From a virus, in the IMG/VR virus record IMGVR_UViG_3300034683_000041, positions 1 to 64,000 of that record: 64,000 bases of DNA; one strand, written 5' to 3'. Of this stretch, positions 1 through 9,627 are shown piece by piece (position 1 is the stretch's first letter; each line of letters begins with the position of its first letter). A program made the position numbers and the translations under genes. The notes beneath the pieces are model-generated. The model was not told the origin of the DNA. It did no database searches and was given only the letters and a program-made list of their open reading frames with translations.

Positions 1-25
1 CCATCGTAGTGAATGTGCTTGTGTA

Positions 26-50
26 CATAGAATCCAAAAAAAATGATATG
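26..50. promoter_or_regulatory. divergent pair of late-type ATNNTATG motifs
   Basis: attctatg on minus (26-33) and atgatatg on plus (43-50); same motif precedes structural genes. Confidence 0.45.
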
Positions 51-139
51 TGCACAAGTTCATTCACTTTTAGTATAGTTTAAAAATACGATATATGATT
101 TGAAATAATACTTCAGTATTTATTTTTTACATACACTAT

Positions 140-147
140 ATTTTATG
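140..147 (+). promoter_or_regulatory. late-type promoter motif ATTTTATG
   Basis: matches ATNNTATG; followed by non-coding G-rich region. Confidence 0.4.
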
Positions 148-392
148 TAGAATACTTTGAGTAGGAACTAGGAATTAGGAACACCCAATACCTTAGTCTC
201 TAGCAACAATCCGAGAACGAGATCTAGCTCGAACGAAGTGAGAGATAGAGCCGTCGCGGTTGGTGCGCTCCGTCTAGTCTTGGGGGGAAAGGGGGGTTAA
301 AGGAAGGGGGTGAGGAGAGATTGTTAAGAGAACCTAGGGGGAAACCAATTGGGGGGAATTTTCATGTTAGTACATACCGATCACATATATCA
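148..392 (+). other. non-coding G-run-rich, potentially structured region
   Basis: G6 282-287, G6 291-296, G5 306-310, G5 337-341, G6 351-356; no ORF in the track. Confidence 0.55.
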
Positions 393-393
393 A

Positions 394-424
394 ACTATCT
401 ACTCCTAACTAAGGAGTAGATAGT
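394..424. terminator. 13-bp perfect hairpin
   Basis: actatctactcct / aggagtagatagt. Confidence 0.7.
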
Positions 425-457
425 AGGTACGTTGTATCGTTCAAAAATACAGAAAAC

Positions 458-503
458 TATATTACAACATAGGAAACTGTTCATGATCTCACGGATATAT
501 TAC
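458..503 (+). promoter_or_regulatory. tandem early promoters TATATTAC (458-465, 496-503)
   Basis: identical to phiKZ early promoter motif; upstream of a small-gene cluster. Confidence 0.75.
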
Positions 504-557
504 TTAATCGATCCGCGACATTAGATCTTAACCTTGTTACATCAGGAGAATGTTTCT

Positions 558-773
558 ATGTTAAAACGTATATCGTCAAAAACTCCCCATCCAGCCAAAC
601 GTAGTACTAGAAATGTAATCGTACCTATTTCTACTTCTCCGAGTAGGTTTGAGTTAGGACCAAAATACAACTCGTGTGGACTATTTGACAAATCAGAAAC
701 GGATACTTTCCGTGAATGTATGTTCTCTGGTAAAATTGGTAGAGTTCTATTAGGACATGCTGAACATAACTAA
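558..773 (+). CDS. hypothetical early protein
   Basis: AGGAG RBS before ATG 558. Confidence 0.55.
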   Translation: MLKRISSKTPHPAKRSTRNVIVPISTSPSRFELGPKYNSCGLFDKSETDTFRECMFSGKIGRVLLGHAEHN

Positions 774-804
774 GTTTTTGTTTAACGTAAAAGGAGAATC
801 GGTT

Positions 805-1458
805 ATGGCAAGAATAGAGGTTACGTTCGATGGAGTACATACGGAAGATCACCTTCCGATATTGAAAATATTCTACGACCTTGGAATACACCCTATGGTA
901 GGTGCAAAGATGTTTCTGAGAAATCAGAAACGATTAAATTATCAACATCCACATATGGAACAACTTCCGTTTTACGGTAGAAACATAAATCCGACGGGGA
1001 ATCTCAAATATTTAAAGACAGTGTTTGTCACTGCAAAGGATGCCAAATGCATCATTGAGACTTATCGAAGATATGTGTGTCCTCAAATCAAGTGCTTAGC
1101 AAAAGCTATCAGCGCAAGTCTTAAACGAAAAGAGGCAAAGATACAAAGAACCGATCTTGCGGTATACGTAGGCAAAGAGTTGCCTTTTGAAGCGACGCTG
1201 CATGACATCACCATGTACTATATAAGTCATACTCGTGAGTATCCTGCAATAGTGCTTACGGATCTTAAAGATCCCAATACCGAACACATATATGCTAATC
1301 ACGTAAATGTGTTTGTATCGGCTCCGGAATTAGAAATTTACTCCCAGTTTAAACTACCTATGAAAATGACATTCTTAGGTACGGTGTATTCCTATATGGG
1401 GAGTCGAAGACCCAAATATGCCGTAAGAGATCTTAGACAGGTCAAACTAATGAAGTAA
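805..1458 (+). CDS. hypothetical protein, paralog of 7543-8190
   Basis: AAGGAG RBS before ATG 805; shared N- and C-terminal motifs. Confidence 0.75.
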   Translation: MARIEVTFDGVHTEDHLPILKIFYDLGIHPMVGAKMFLRNQKRLNYQHPHMEQLPFYGRNINPTGNLKYLKTVFVTAKDAKCIIETYRRYVCPQIKCLAKAISASLKRKEAKIQRTDLAVYVGKELPFEATLHDITMYYISHTREYPAIVLTDLKDPNTEHIYANHVNVFVSAPELEIYSQFKLPMKMTFLGTVYSYMGSRRPKYAVRDLRQVKLMK

Positions 1459-1471
1459 AGAGGATCTTCTT

Positions 1472-1969
1472 ATGCGCCATCTTATACATGACTTCTTATA
1501 TGCACAATCCAGGACGTATTCATTTTCGGTATACCTCTCGGATAAGACAAATCCATCGGAGTATATCCCAATTTGTCTCGAACCTAAAAATGTCGTCTGG
1601 TACGAGAAGCATGTGTGCATCAGAGAACACGATCACCCTAATTATGAGGCACATGTGTTTCAGATAGACGGAATCAAGATACCAAGATATTTCGATCTGT
1701 TATATAAACCCAAGGACATATCGACTATCCGGAGCACCCAGGTTCAGTTACACAAATCTTCTGGGATACAGATGTGCGGGCATGTAGTATCAAAACATCT
1801 CGTATATTCTTTGTGGTTACGACCCGCAAGTTCTGGAACACAGATCGTGTTCGTCCTTGATCACGACGGGCCTGAGCTCTCCCCGTTAACGGTACATGGA
1901 CTCAGACAGTTTCGTAAGTTGATATCAAATTTCGAAACTTATCTGACTCATTTGAAAGAAATCTTTTAA
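1472..1969 (+). CDS. hypothetical protein
   Basis: 165-aa ORF, GAGG RBS, operon. Confidence 0.7.
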   Translation: MRHLIHDFLYAQSRTYSFSVYLSDKTNPSEYIPICLEPKNVVWYEKHVCIREHDHPNYEAHVFQIDGIKIPRYFDLLYKPKDISTIRSTQVQLHKSSGIQMCGHVVSKHLVYSLWLRPASSGTQIVFVLDHDGPELSPLTVHGLRQFRKLISNFETYLTHLKEIF

Positions 1970-2013
1970 CGAAAAATAGTTTATTAAAAAGTTAAGTTGA
2001 CAAGGATTCAAAT

Positions 2014-2043
2014 CCAGGAAGAGCGAATATTCGCTCTTCCTGG
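2014..2043. terminator. 30-bp perfect palindrome
   Basis: ccaggaagagcgaat/attcgctcttcctgg. Confidence 0.65.
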
Positions 2044-2073
2044 TTAACCATATTAACAGAAGGGGACAAACTC

Positions 2074-2421
2074 ATGTGCATCTATCTAGAACCCGAGGTT
2101 AATGATTGTTTGGAGTTCATTCAAACCCACGGATACGAATTGGATAAAAATGAGTTCCAAAAAGTATACGATGACCGCTCGTTGTTGCCGGGAGAACTTT
2201 ACGACAAATGTGTCCTCTTTATAGCGGTAACTACGAACCACAATGGAGACTACGTTTTGGGAGTTATAACGTCATACAGTGACGTGAAATTATTTACACA
2301 GACTACGAATCCTTCAGAGGTCCGGTATTTTATTATGGATCTAGATGCTGCGTTTGCCCACAATGCTGTATCTGAAGAAAATCTTCGTATTCTTGCTCAA
2401 AACTGCCCAGAACTATTTTAA
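2074..2421 (+). CDS. hypothetical protein
   Basis: 115-aa ORF with RBS. Confidence 0.7.
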   Translation: MCIYLEPEVNDCLEFIQTHGYELDKNEFQKVYDDRSLLPGELYDKCVLFIAVTTNHNGDYVLGVITSYSDVKLFTQTTNPSEVRYFIMDLDAAFAHNAVSEENLRILAQNCPELF

Positions 2422-2433
2422 GGAGAATTAATC

Positions 2434-2931
2434 GTGGCTCTAGTCAGAACGCTTCATGCTGATGATCCAAGACTCATCCCGCTGTTTCCCCAGATCGTAA
2501 CAAACAACTTTGTGGTTTCCCCAAAGTCAGTTATATGGAGTCGAATATTTCCTACTCCAGACAGTCCTATCTGGGGACTCTTGATAGAAGCAGAACTGAA
2601 GAAAGGATGCCCTAATTGGTCCGATACTTTTCAGCATATATTCAATGAACTCTATACATTTTGTTCTTCGAGACGTGCTGAACTTCATCTTGATCAGTTG
2701 GGACATATCGACAGTTATTGTCAAAGACAGATACATCCGGGAAGGATCGATTTGATGATCAATGACAGCTACCGCATGTGTTGCAAAATACATAACTTAA
2801 GTTCGAGAAAGATCGCCATCACAATACATTCTCCTGGTACCTTCAGTCTCATCGATCACGAAGAAGATATCCGAAGTCCAGTACGGTTCGAACGCTGGTT
2901 CGCTGAACGCTACAGAGAGTGCATCTCATGA
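2434..2931 (+). CDS. hypothetical protein
   Basis: AAGGAG RBS, GTG start. Confidence 0.7.
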   Translation: MALVRTLHADDPRLIPLFPQIVTNNFVVSPKSVIWSRIFPTPDSPIWGLLIEAELKKGCPNWSDTFQHIFNELYTFCSSRRAELHLDQLGHIDSYCQRQIHPGRIDLMINDSYRMCCKIHNLSSRKIAITIHSPGTFSLIDHEEDIRSPVRFERWFAERYRECIS

Positions 2932-3000
2932 ACATTGTTTCAGAAGGTGTAAGTTCCTAGCGTAACCTTTCTACTCAGACATAAGAAGGAAACTAAAACC

Positions 3001-3591
3001 ATGATTCTACATGAGATCAACTTGTACGTCCCAGTCTTCGTATCTGCACCTAAGCAGATACTGTCTTCTATGAGAATTCAGAAAATTGGTCCTATACTGG
3101 AAGATATTCCGACGATCACTTACTATCAAAAGAAATCTGCTCCAGACCAGAATCTGGAAGTGACAAGTAGTGATCAACATCCTGGAGTTATAAAGTGGAG
3201 ACAATTAAAATCCAAGGTGTACTCTTATGCACACGGCGTACTTCAATGTACGTATGACACACAGTACATATCCGGAACCACGAATAGTGAAGGAAAAACT
3301 TTTCCTGAAATGACTGAGTTAGATCCGTACATGCATGTAAGTATCCTCAATTCGGGATCTTTTTGCTGGACCAACCAGATAGAAAACCCAGAAGTTGTCA
3401 GGATTAATCACTGTAACATTGGAGGATATGGAGAGTTTATCCAACTTCGGTATTCCCCTCAAAATCACAAAACCTCAATTGAAGATATTTGTGCACTTGC
3501 AAACGTGTTAATAGTAAAGGGATGTCTCCCTATTCTAACACCTTTACAAGAAGATATCTATCTTCGCCTTCATTGTGAAGGAACTTTGTAA
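3001..3591 (+). CDS. hypothetical protein
   Basis: 196-aa ORF followed by terminator. Confidence 0.7.
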   Translation: MILHEINLYVPVFVSAPKQILSSMRIQKIGPILEDIPTITYYQKKSAPDQNLEVTSSDQHPGVIKWRQLKSKVYSYAHGVLQCTYDTQYISGTTNSEGKTFPEMTELDPYMHVSILNSGSFCWTNQIENPEVVRINHCNIGGYGEFIQLRYSPQNHKTSIEDICALANVLIVKGCLPILTPLQEDIYLRLHCEGTL

Positions 3592-3613
3592 CATACACAG
3601 TCTTACTATTCAT

Positions 3614-3650
3614 AACCATCGTACTCTTCGGAGTACGATGGTTCTTTTTT
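3614..3650 (+). terminator. intrinsic terminator, UUCG loop
   Basis: aaccatcgtactc-ttcg-gagtacgatggtt plus T tract. Confidence 0.85.
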
Positions 3651-3735
3651 CGGTGTCCGGTATACGGGGTTCTTAAGAACCCATTTTCACTATATTCAAA
3701 AAAGACGTTCATTTTCACTTGAACGCTGGGAGAGC

Positions 3736-4494
3736 ATGATGCAGTATCCGTATTTCAAAACACAAAGGATGTTTCGTACGATTGAGTACAAGCTGCAAGA
3801 CAACCTGCAAGTTTTGCAGGATAAGATTACTAACCTCATGAACTCTGAGTTCATTGCCTTCGGGACTACTATCGAAGTAGGCCCTGGTCCTAACGACGGT
3901 GTCGTTTCGGGATTTGTCCTTAGGATCCTACCCAAACCGTTGTTGGAGGTGGCCCAAACCCATGTCGCTATGTTGCGACTGTACTTCGAAAGTGCGGAGT
4001 TTCAGGGATTCTACACTACTGTAACTCCGATTGAGGAGAATGCTGGTGGTATAGATGTGACTTTTAGTATCGATTATACCCTTCTCGATACGATATTTGA
4101 ACGCATCCTTGAGACGCACATTACCCGTAAACTCGGAGGACTGTCCTCAGGTATCGAATGGAAAAAGTCCACATCACCAGTTCAAGACTATGTCTGGACT
4201 CAGGAGACAACTCTCAACGATGTCACATTCCGAGATGCACGTAGACTGAGCTATTGTATCATGAAACTCATCGAATGTTCGGATATGAACAACATCAGTA
4301 CTGGAGTAGACTCCGGATGGAACCTCAAAAACGACGACACTCGTGAGGAGGGCTTCTTCGAAGTTGAGTTCAATATGGCTCATATGGAGTGGAAACTGAC
4401 TGTCGACTTGACACAAGGGGATCACCCCAACATAAAGCTCAGCAATCGTCCGATGAAGGGTTACGTTCTACAGGAGATCAATCCCGATATGTAA
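3736..4494 (+). CDS. hypothetical acidic protein
   Basis: 252-aa ORF, GGAG RBS. Confidence 0.75.
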   Translation: MMQYPYFKTQRMFRTIEYKLQDNLQVLQDKITNLMNSEFIAFGTTIEVGPGPNDGVVSGFVLRILPKPLLEVAQTHVAMLRLYFESAEFQGFYTTVTPIEENAGGIDVTFSIDYTLLDTIFERILETHITRKLGGLSSGIEWKKSTSPVQDYVWTQETTLNDVTFRDARRLSYCIMKLIECSDMNNISTGVDSGWNLKNDDTREEGFFEVEFNMAHMEWKLTVDLTQGDHPNIKLSNRPMKGYVLQEINPDM

Positions 4495-4496
4495 CT

Positions 4497-4529
4497 AGAT
4501 AAGTGGGGACACAATGTCCCCACTTATCT
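4497..4529. terminator. 15-bp hairpin between convergent genes
   Basis: agataagtggggaca/tgtccccacttatct. Confidence 0.75.
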
Positions 4530-5014
4530 TACTTCTGCGTACGTTCGATTATTTTTTCTTCCCATGGACGGATCTGATCTGGATATGGACCATATCCGAC
4601 ATGTGTTGGAACATATCCTTTCGCAAATTTAGGGATAGGAAATCTTCCATTCTGAAAGTAGTTGATGAAGTTCAAGAAGATGTGTGTGGGACGTAGAAAA
4701 TCTACGGCTTCAACGTACTGTTTCATTGAGAAAGTGGAGATGCGTCTGATACGCTTGGTAACTGTTGTTCTTTCATCTGGGACATCTAAGTCGGAAAAGG
4801 CTATCTCGTCACAATCGTCGAAGAATGGTCCTGAGTAACCCACCTCTACACCATCGCGAATAGGGTTACCCACACGGATAGGAAATGTTCTGTAACTCAT
4901 CATGAGATTGCCGTAAAAGACTGGGGAAACTCCAAGTTCTGCAAGGATAGTTCCAGGATGAATGGATCTTGAAGTACAGAACGGATATACTAATCCGTGG
5001 TTGTTGTCAAGTCC
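4529..5014 (-). pseudogene. purZ: 5'-truncated PurZ (adenylosuccinate synthetase-like) remnant
   Basis: GLDNNHGLVYPFCTSR...RTFPIRVGN...SGP...ERTTVTKRIRR...FLNFINY; in-frame stop at 5036-5038, N-terminal P-loop half absent. Confidence 0.75.
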
Positions 5015-5051
5015 GAGTCTTTGAACTGAACATGACTAAGTGTACTCACGG

Positions 5052-5082
5052 TAAGAGACAGTCCTTCTGGGACTGTCTCTTA
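5052..5082. terminator. 13-bp hairpin
   Basis: taagagacagtcc/ggactgtctctta. Confidence 0.7.
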
Positions 5083-5120
5083 TTTATCCATATATAATTT
5101 TTTCGAGATCATTTAAGAAC

Positions 5121-5128
5121 TATATTAC
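5121..5128 (+). promoter_or_regulatory. early promoter TATATTAC
   Basis: exact motif upstream of 5165. Confidence 0.75.
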
Positions 5129-5164
5129 AAATTTGAGTGTTAGCTATAAAAATAAGGAACCGCT

Positions 5165-6025
5165 ATGACCATACTTATCGGAGATCTAGTTGAGTGGAGG
5201 ATCACCACATTAGAAGAAATTATTTGGCTAATGGTTGATCGTGAAAGAAAGTATACTGCGATATTGTACAGAACAGACAACCCAGAATATTATTTATTAT
5301 ATCTTATCGATATGTCTGGATTGATTGTAGAAAGTTTTCCTGTACATGAATTTACAAAAATAAAAATAACTAAGCTGTGGAAAGATGCACTTGTCTATCC
5401 GCGATGTAAAATAATCAAACAAAATGCTCATGGAGTAGAAATAGTGTATTCTTTTAGAAGAACACCTGAAAATGATGTCCTTTTTGAAATAACTGTAGCT
5501 GGAAAGATCTTCAGAGTGATCCTGGACGAAGCTCGTTCATTGCATTCTGAACCTATATACGCAAGTCCTCCCAACCTTTCTTACTTATTAGAAGCTCTTC
5601 TAAAATCTAACGTTACGATTCTTACACAGATCCCTAAGGTATTTGATCTACCTTCCTCCGAAGTAGAAGTAGAGGTCTACGATATCTTTTACGAATTTGT
5701 CATGGAAACAAATCCTGCGGCATTCTTTTTGTGGGATATAGAAACAGATCTATTCCGGCATCTTCAGTATCCTGGGAATAATGACCATCTGTTTTGGGTA
5801 GAGTTTGAAGAAGTGGTCAATGCACTCAGTCGATCTCAAATGTCCGGGTATTTATTGGTCGCACTTACACCGTATGCGTTGTGTCCAGTATGGTCTATCA
5901 CGTACCCCTACGATATCTCATCTCGCAATAACCATCTCAGGGAAGATATGTATGAACAGATCAAATTGTGCGGAGATCTAATTGCTCAAGGATTTGGTGT
6001 ATCTACGGGGTTAATTGCTAAATGA
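5165..6025 (+). CDS. hypothetical early protein
   Basis: 286-aa ORF between promoter and hairpin. Confidence 0.75.
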   Translation: MTILIGDLVEWRITTLEEIIWLMVDRERKYTAILYRTDNPEYYLLYLIDMSGLIVESFPVHEFTKIKITKLWKDALVYPRCKIIKQNAHGVEIVYSFRRTPENDVLFEITVAGKIFRVILDEARSLHSEPIYASPPNLSYLLEALLKSNVTILTQIPKVFDLPSSEVEVEVYDIFYEFVMETNPAAFFLWDIETDLFRHLQYPGNNDHLFWVEFEEVVNALSRSQMSGYLLVALTPYALCPVWSITYPYDISSRNNHLREDMYEQIKLCGDLIAQGFGVSTGLIAK

Positions 6026-6030
6026 CATCA

Positions 6031-6063
6031 AGAGTCTAAGGAGCCAAAAGCTCCTTAGACTCT
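6031..6063. terminator. 14-bp hairpin
   Basis: agagtctaaggagc/gctccttagactct. Confidence 0.7.
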
Positions 6064-6143
6064 GTTCCATGAAGGAAGATGGGCATCTGCCCAAAAACTA
6101 CTATCGCCTTACATAACATGTAAAAATTTTATAGGAGGTCAGT

Positions 6144-6875
6144 ATGTACATCGTACCTAATTTTATTACCTCTACTCTGGATTATCCTGGAGGACATCTT
6201 TCTACAACAGTATTCACTAAAGGATGTAATCTAAGGTGTGGGTATTGTCACAATGCAGAACTGATCAACAAAAACCCAGAAGAGTGTTTATCTTCTGAAG
6301 AATTTATTGATCTGATCAAAGAAAGAAGATCATCTATCCCTCACATTACTGTATCTGGTGGGGAACCCACTATACACGAAGATCTTCCTGAAGTTTTACG
6401 ACAACTTAAAACACTGGGATTTAAAGTAAAACTTGATACCAATGGCTCACATCCGGAAATGCTCAAACAGATCATTTCGGAAAACTTAGTTACATATGTA
6501 GCTATGGATCTAAAAACAAGTTTAGCAAAATACATCGGTATGGAGTTTGGATGGGAAGAAGATTCGTTTCCAGAAGATATTTTAACTGAATCTGCCAGAG
6601 CTCTTAGTCTGTCTGGAATTTCACACGAATATCGTACAACCTTCTTCGAAAACTATCTTGGATTAGCAGATATCAAAAATATCCAAAAGATACTTCTTCA
6701 AAATTATCCGTCCACACAGCACCCTGTTGTGAAATACTTTGTACAGTGGGGGTTGTGGCCTCATCAACGAAAGACTCCATCGAAGTATAAAGTTCGTCTG
6801 AGTAAAAGTTATCGGCCAGATATCGTTGAGTTATTTTCGTCTTGTAAGGATGTCATCTCTCTGGATTTCCGATAG
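6144..6875 (+). CDS. nrdG: anaerobic ribonucleotide reductase activating protein (radical SAM)
   Basis: LDYPG..VFTKGCNLRCGYCHN, SGGEPT, KLDTNGS, AMDLK, YRTT motifs. Confidence 0.88.
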   Translation: MYIVPNFITSTLDYPGGHLSTTVFTKGCNLRCGYCHNAELINKNPEECLSSEEFIDLIKERRSSIPHITVSGGEPTIHEDLPEVLRQLKTLGFKVKLDTNGSHPEMLKQIISENLVTYVAMDLKTSLAKYIGMEFGWEEDSFPEDILTESARALSLSGISHEYRTTFFENYLGLADIKNIQKILLQNYPSTQHPVVKYFVQWGLWPHQRKTPSKYKVRLSKSYRPDIVELFSSCKDVISLDFR

Positions 6876-6925
6876 GTTTAAGTCAAATCCATAACAAAAT
6901 AAACGATCATAGGAGGATCTTAATT

Positions 6926-7558
6926 ATGAATACCAAAAATTTCAAGTTCACTAAAGATTTGATTCTGGCATCCATATCTCTTATGGTTGTTTATCTTGTT
7001 GTACTTTTTCCTTCATCCACAATATCTGAAAGTGTAGATTGTGATGTGTACGATCAGTATCGTGCAAAAATTGATCATACTCCCATAGTAATCGAACATG
7101 CGGAAGATACCATGATCGTACAAGCTGCAAAAGTTATCATGAAACATGAAGGATTTAGTGCTACCCCGTATAAATGTACTTCTGGGAAATGGACGCAAGG
7201 ATATGGAAGAAGAATCTATACTAAGGATAAATCTTCCATCACTAAAGCAAAAGCTGTAACTTGGCTTTATGAAGATCTGAAACGCATAACTGCAAGTTTA
7301 GATCGTAACTTCCCATGGTGGAGAAAATTGGATAGTGTCAGACAACAAGCGATGATAAATTTTACGTACAACGTAGGTATACGTGGAGTTTATAAATTTC
7401 AAAAATTCAGAGCAGCCATGCGAATGGGAGATTTTGAACTTGCAGCGCATGAATTAAAGTACACAGGTGAAAGAAAAACCGGTTATTTTAAAGCTGTCAA
7501 AACTAGAGCGGTCCAAGTCGCAAATGCGTTTAAATATGGTACATGGAATTTAACATAA
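6926..7558 (+). CDS. GH24 lysozyme/endolysin with N-terminal membrane anchor
   Basis: HEGFSATPYKCTSGKWTQGYG (E-x8-C-x5-T), NFTYNVG; hydrophobic N-terminus. Confidence 0.88.
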   Translation: MNTKNFKFTKDLILASISLMVVYLVVLFPSSTISESVDCDVYDQYRAKIDHTPIVIEHAEDTMIVQAAKVIMKHEGFSATPYKCTSGKWTQGYGRRIYTKDKSSITKAKAVTWLYEDLKRITASLDRNFPWWRKLDSVRQQAMINFTYNVGIRGVYKFQKFRAAMRMGDFELAAHELKYTGERKTGYFKAVKTRAVQVANAFKYGTWNLT

Positions 7559-8190
7559 GGAAAATCATGTCAAATATCACGTTAAAAGAAATAGGGGAGA
7601 AATTGTCCCTTCATCCGTTGGTTTGCGGAAAACTGTTTATAGACAAAAACGTTTTTCAAAATCATCCACTGTACACTCTCATTCCGTACGTAGGACACGA
7701 CTTTGAACTGATAGAAGCAGATGGGCCATGTGAACAGTGGAAATTGAATATCCCGGAAGACATAGATCTTATTCGTTATATGACTAAATTGGAAACAAAA
7801 GAATTAGTCAATACGTATCACATCTCTGAAAAGATACGAGAAATAGAACATAAATCTCATGAAAAATCTGAGATAGCGGAAGGAAGAACTCTTCTTGCAT
7901 TTCGTGTAGACCAAGAACAAGATTTTACTGCTAGGATACAGTCGTATAAAGTACACAGTCCGTATTCTATCCGGGTAATTATAGACGATGTGAGATCTTA
8001 CCCGGATGGGTGTTTTTGCGCACATCATTCTCACTTGATGGTAAGTCACGAAACAAAACTTACTCTGGCACAAACTCCGATCGGAACTAAATTAAAATTT
8101 AGAGCAACAATACATAGATATCGAGATAAGAATGGAAACATCAAATTCGGTCTTCATCATCTTCAAAATTTAGAAATCTTAACGACATAA
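7543..8190 (+). CDS. hypothetical protein, paralog of 805-1458
   Basis: LSLHPLVCGKLF...PYVG versus LGIHPMVGAKMF...PFYG. Confidence 0.75.
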   Translation: MEFNIRKIMSNITLKEIGEKLSLHPLVCGKLFIDKNVFQNHPLYTLIPYVGHDFELIEADGPCEQWKLNIPEDIDLIRYMTKLETKELVNTYHISEKIREIEHKSHEKSEIAEGRTLLAFRVDQEQDFTARIQSYKVHSPYSIRVIIDDVRSYPDGCFCAHHSHLMVSHETKLTLAQTPIGTKLKFRATIHRYRDKNGNIKFGLHHLQNLEILTT

Positions 8191-8245
8191 TTTACAAAAC
8201 AAACATCTCCCAAGAGTATTTTAACGTGATCACAACAAAACCAAG

Positions 8246-8253
8246 ATTCTATG
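8246..8253 (+). promoter_or_regulatory. late promoter ATTCTATG
   Basis: ATNNTATG upstream of structural gene. Confidence 0.6.
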
Positions 8254-8283
8254 TATGAACAACCTGCAACATAGGAGACTTTT

Positions 8284-9615
8284 GTGATATACGGATTTAT
8301 TGTGGACACTATGTTCCACAAAAACGCACCGATCATGTATGCAGATGAAGCATTACCTCCGGTATTTGCTTTAGATGAAGCAATTGAAAACTATTTTGAT
8401 CGACAATTGAAATTTAAAGATCTACGTACAGAGAGAAATAACCCGGAATATTTTGGACAAATTTCCATCCATGCTGATGCTAATAAATTAGATGAAGAGA
8501 ATTTCTTCACCTTACTTACTGATCCACATCGAGATCTCTACTTCAAACTTATAGAACGAATTTATACTGCACAGAATGTGACAGTTGAACAGCTTGAAGA
8601 AGACATCCGCACAGATCCTGAATTTAGTGTGGTGTATATCCAGGAAAGTTTACGTCTTGGTTGGAATATCGTTGGAACAGAAGTTCCGGATGGACATCCT
8701 GGACCAACTGAAGTCGTAGACTTTATCGAGTTTGAACTTAACTTTCCTGAAGTACATGAAAAATTCAAACTCTGGATCAATCGTCAGAAGTTTGCAACGG
8801 ATTATCCGTTATCTACGATAGCGCAAGTTGTACTTCCGTGTGATCACAGTATCCTTCTCAATCCTTCGACAGTTCCTACGACGATCGATGCCATCATAGC
8901 AAGTACTTCTTTTAGTTTTAGCGACGTCGAAAATAAGATCCATACAGGTGATCATTCCGGACTTATGACGTATACCACAAGGTATATCGTAAGTTCAACT
9001 TCTATAAAACGTATGCCTTTTGGTATCCTTTATAAAGGAGCTCAACCTTCTTCTTTGGAGATAAGAAAAGCTATCCGAGAAAAGCTTTTAGGATATGGAA
9101 CTGCTCCAGAAGAAGAATGGAAAAAGATACTTCCTGATCTGTTTGTTACAGGACAGTTCTTCATTCTTCCCTTTTGGGATAACATGATACAACGAGAAGA
9201 TCGTCGTATCTTCCAATCCATATTGCCTACGAAAAGGATTACTGGACTCATAAGTCAAATCTATCCTGCACTTGAAGAAGTGTTCATAGAAAAATATCAA
9301 CAGCTTTTAACTTACGCACAAAACCCAGGGTTCGGTTTAGTTATACCCGATCCATTGAATGAAGTATTTTTCTCTTTGCAGGAAATTCATCCAACTTATC
9401 AACACTACTCGACTCAGAACAATCTTCATACGTTCATGGAAACACATACTAAAGAATTCAGCATACGGTTAAATCGCTGTCTTGCTGTTCTTCTTGGCGA
9501 ATCCATAAACGAAGAGTTCATCTTAAATACGTTCGATGGTATCCGATATATGTCATTTGTCACTTCGGGAATAGAATACCACGTTATACATCCAGAAGAT
9601 TATCCGAAAGAATAA
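8284..9615 (+). CDS. putative virion structural protein (phiKZ-like)
   Basis: 443 aa, late promoter, tail gene context. Confidence 0.6.
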   Translation: MIYGFIVDTMFHKNAPIMYADEALPPVFALDEAIENYFDRQLKFKDLRTERNNPEYFGQISIHADANKLDEENFFTLLTDPHRDLYFKLIERIYTAQNVTVEQLEEDIRTDPEFSVVYIQESLRLGWNIVGTEVPDGHPGPTEVVDFIEFELNFPEVHEKFKLWINRQKFATDYPLSTIAQVVLPCDHSILLNPSTVPTTIDAIIASTSFSFSDVENKIHTGDHSGLMTYTTRYIVSSTSIKRMPFGILYKGAQPSSLEIRKAIREKLLGYGTAPEEEWKKILPDLFVTGQFFILPFWDNMIQREDRRIFQSILPTKRITGLISQIYPALEEVFIEKYQQLLTYAQNPGFGLVIPDPLNEVFFSLQEIHPTYQHYSTQNNLHTFMETHTKEFSIRLNRCLAVLLGESINEEFILNTFDGIRYMSFVTSGIEYHVIHPEDYPKE

Positions 9616-9627
9616 GGTATATCAATG

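Noticed and set aside
1997-2025. Sigma70 promoter from TTGACA
   Set aside because: No -10 element at the correct spacing.
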